DNA of 4,590 nucleotides from a virus (Duplodnaviria; Heunggongvirae; Uroviricota; Caudoviricetes): IMG/VR virus record IMGVR_UViG_2778261459_000005; one strand, 5' to 3'. Shown piece by piece: positions 4,315 to 4,590 of this stretch (position 1 is its first letter; each line of letters starts with the position of its first letter). The notes under the pieces were generated by a model. It saw only the letters and a program-made list of their open reading frames with translations, ran no database searches and was not told where the DNA came from. The position numbers and the translations under genes were made by a program.

Positions 4315-4340
4315 GCCCTCCAATGTGAGGGCGATTTTTT
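4315..4340 (+). terminator. Intrinsic terminator on the + strand (GCCCTC-caatgt-GAGGGC-GATTTTTTAT), tL1-like
   Basis: 6-bp GC-rich stem followed by a T-run on the + strand (pL direction). On the minus strand it is followed by an A/G-rich stretch instead. Confidence 0.6.
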
Positions 4341-4360
4341 ATCTGTGAGGATATGAATAG

Positions 4361-4590
4361 ATGTCAAACATCAAAAAATACATCATTGATTACGACTGGA
4401 AAGCATCAATAGAAATTGAAATCGACCATGACGTAATGACAGAGGAAAAACTTCACCAGATTAATAATTTCTGGTCAGACTCTGAATACCGACTCAATAA
4501 ACACGGCTCTGTACTGATGAATCCCCTAATGATTTTGGTAAAAATCATTAAGTTAAGGTGGATACACATCTTGTCATATGATCAAATGGT
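4361..4590 (+). CDS. Hypothetical protein, 5' part only (runs off the window end); pL-operon gene
   Basis: ATG at 4361 preceded by GAGGA (4347-4351). Open frame MSNIKKYIIDYDWKASIEIEIDHDVMTEEKLHQINNFWSDSEYRLNKHGSVLMNPLMILVKIIKLRW... with no stop before the window end. Absent from the ORF track because it has no stop codon in the window. Confidence 0.5.
   Translation, partial: MSNIKKYIIDYDWKASIEIEIDHDVMTEEKLHQINNFWSDSEYRLNKHGSVLMNPLMILVKIIKLRWIHILSYDQM

Larger units (their letters stand above)
1..4590. mobile_element. Segment of a lambdoid (lambda-like) prophage or phage genome: immunity region from the cII end to beyond sieB
   Basis: Gene order cII-cro-OR-cI-[accessory cassette]-tIMM-pL-nutL-N-sieB is the canonical lambda immC layout. 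Several protein segments match lambda CI and CII and a P22 gp24-like N as I recall them. Confidence 0.85.

Noticed and set aside
1-4590. CRISPR arrays, tRNA/rRNA genes, IS elements
   Set aside because: No spacer-repeat periodicity, no tRNA-like cloverleaf candidates and no terminal inverted repeats with a transposase ORF were seen. The window is fully explained as phage immunity-region DNA.

Overview
This window is the immunity (immC) region of a mosaic lambdoid prophage, laid out in lambda gene order. From left to right: cII (-), a nutR-like site, cro (-), the divergent OR/pR/pRM control region, cI (+), a co-oriented two-gene cassette of unknown function where lambda carries rexA-rexB (+), a strong tIMM-like terminator, OL/pL, a nutL-like site, an N-type antiterminator (+), a convergent sieB-like membrane protein (-), a second intrinsic terminator, and the 5' end of a further + strand ORF. 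The CI C-terminal domain, the CII C-terminus and the first ~60 nt of the window match lambda as I remember it, while the DNA-binding parts of CI, Cro and CII are different, so this is a hybrid-immunity phage. The most interesting element is the cI-linked cassette (1486-2792): it should be expressed from the repressor promoters in the lysogen, resembles nothing I recognise (not RexA/RexB), and is the best candidate for an undescribed phage-exclusion system. All homology statements are from memory of lambda/P22 sequences and by-eye comparison; no searches or computations were run.
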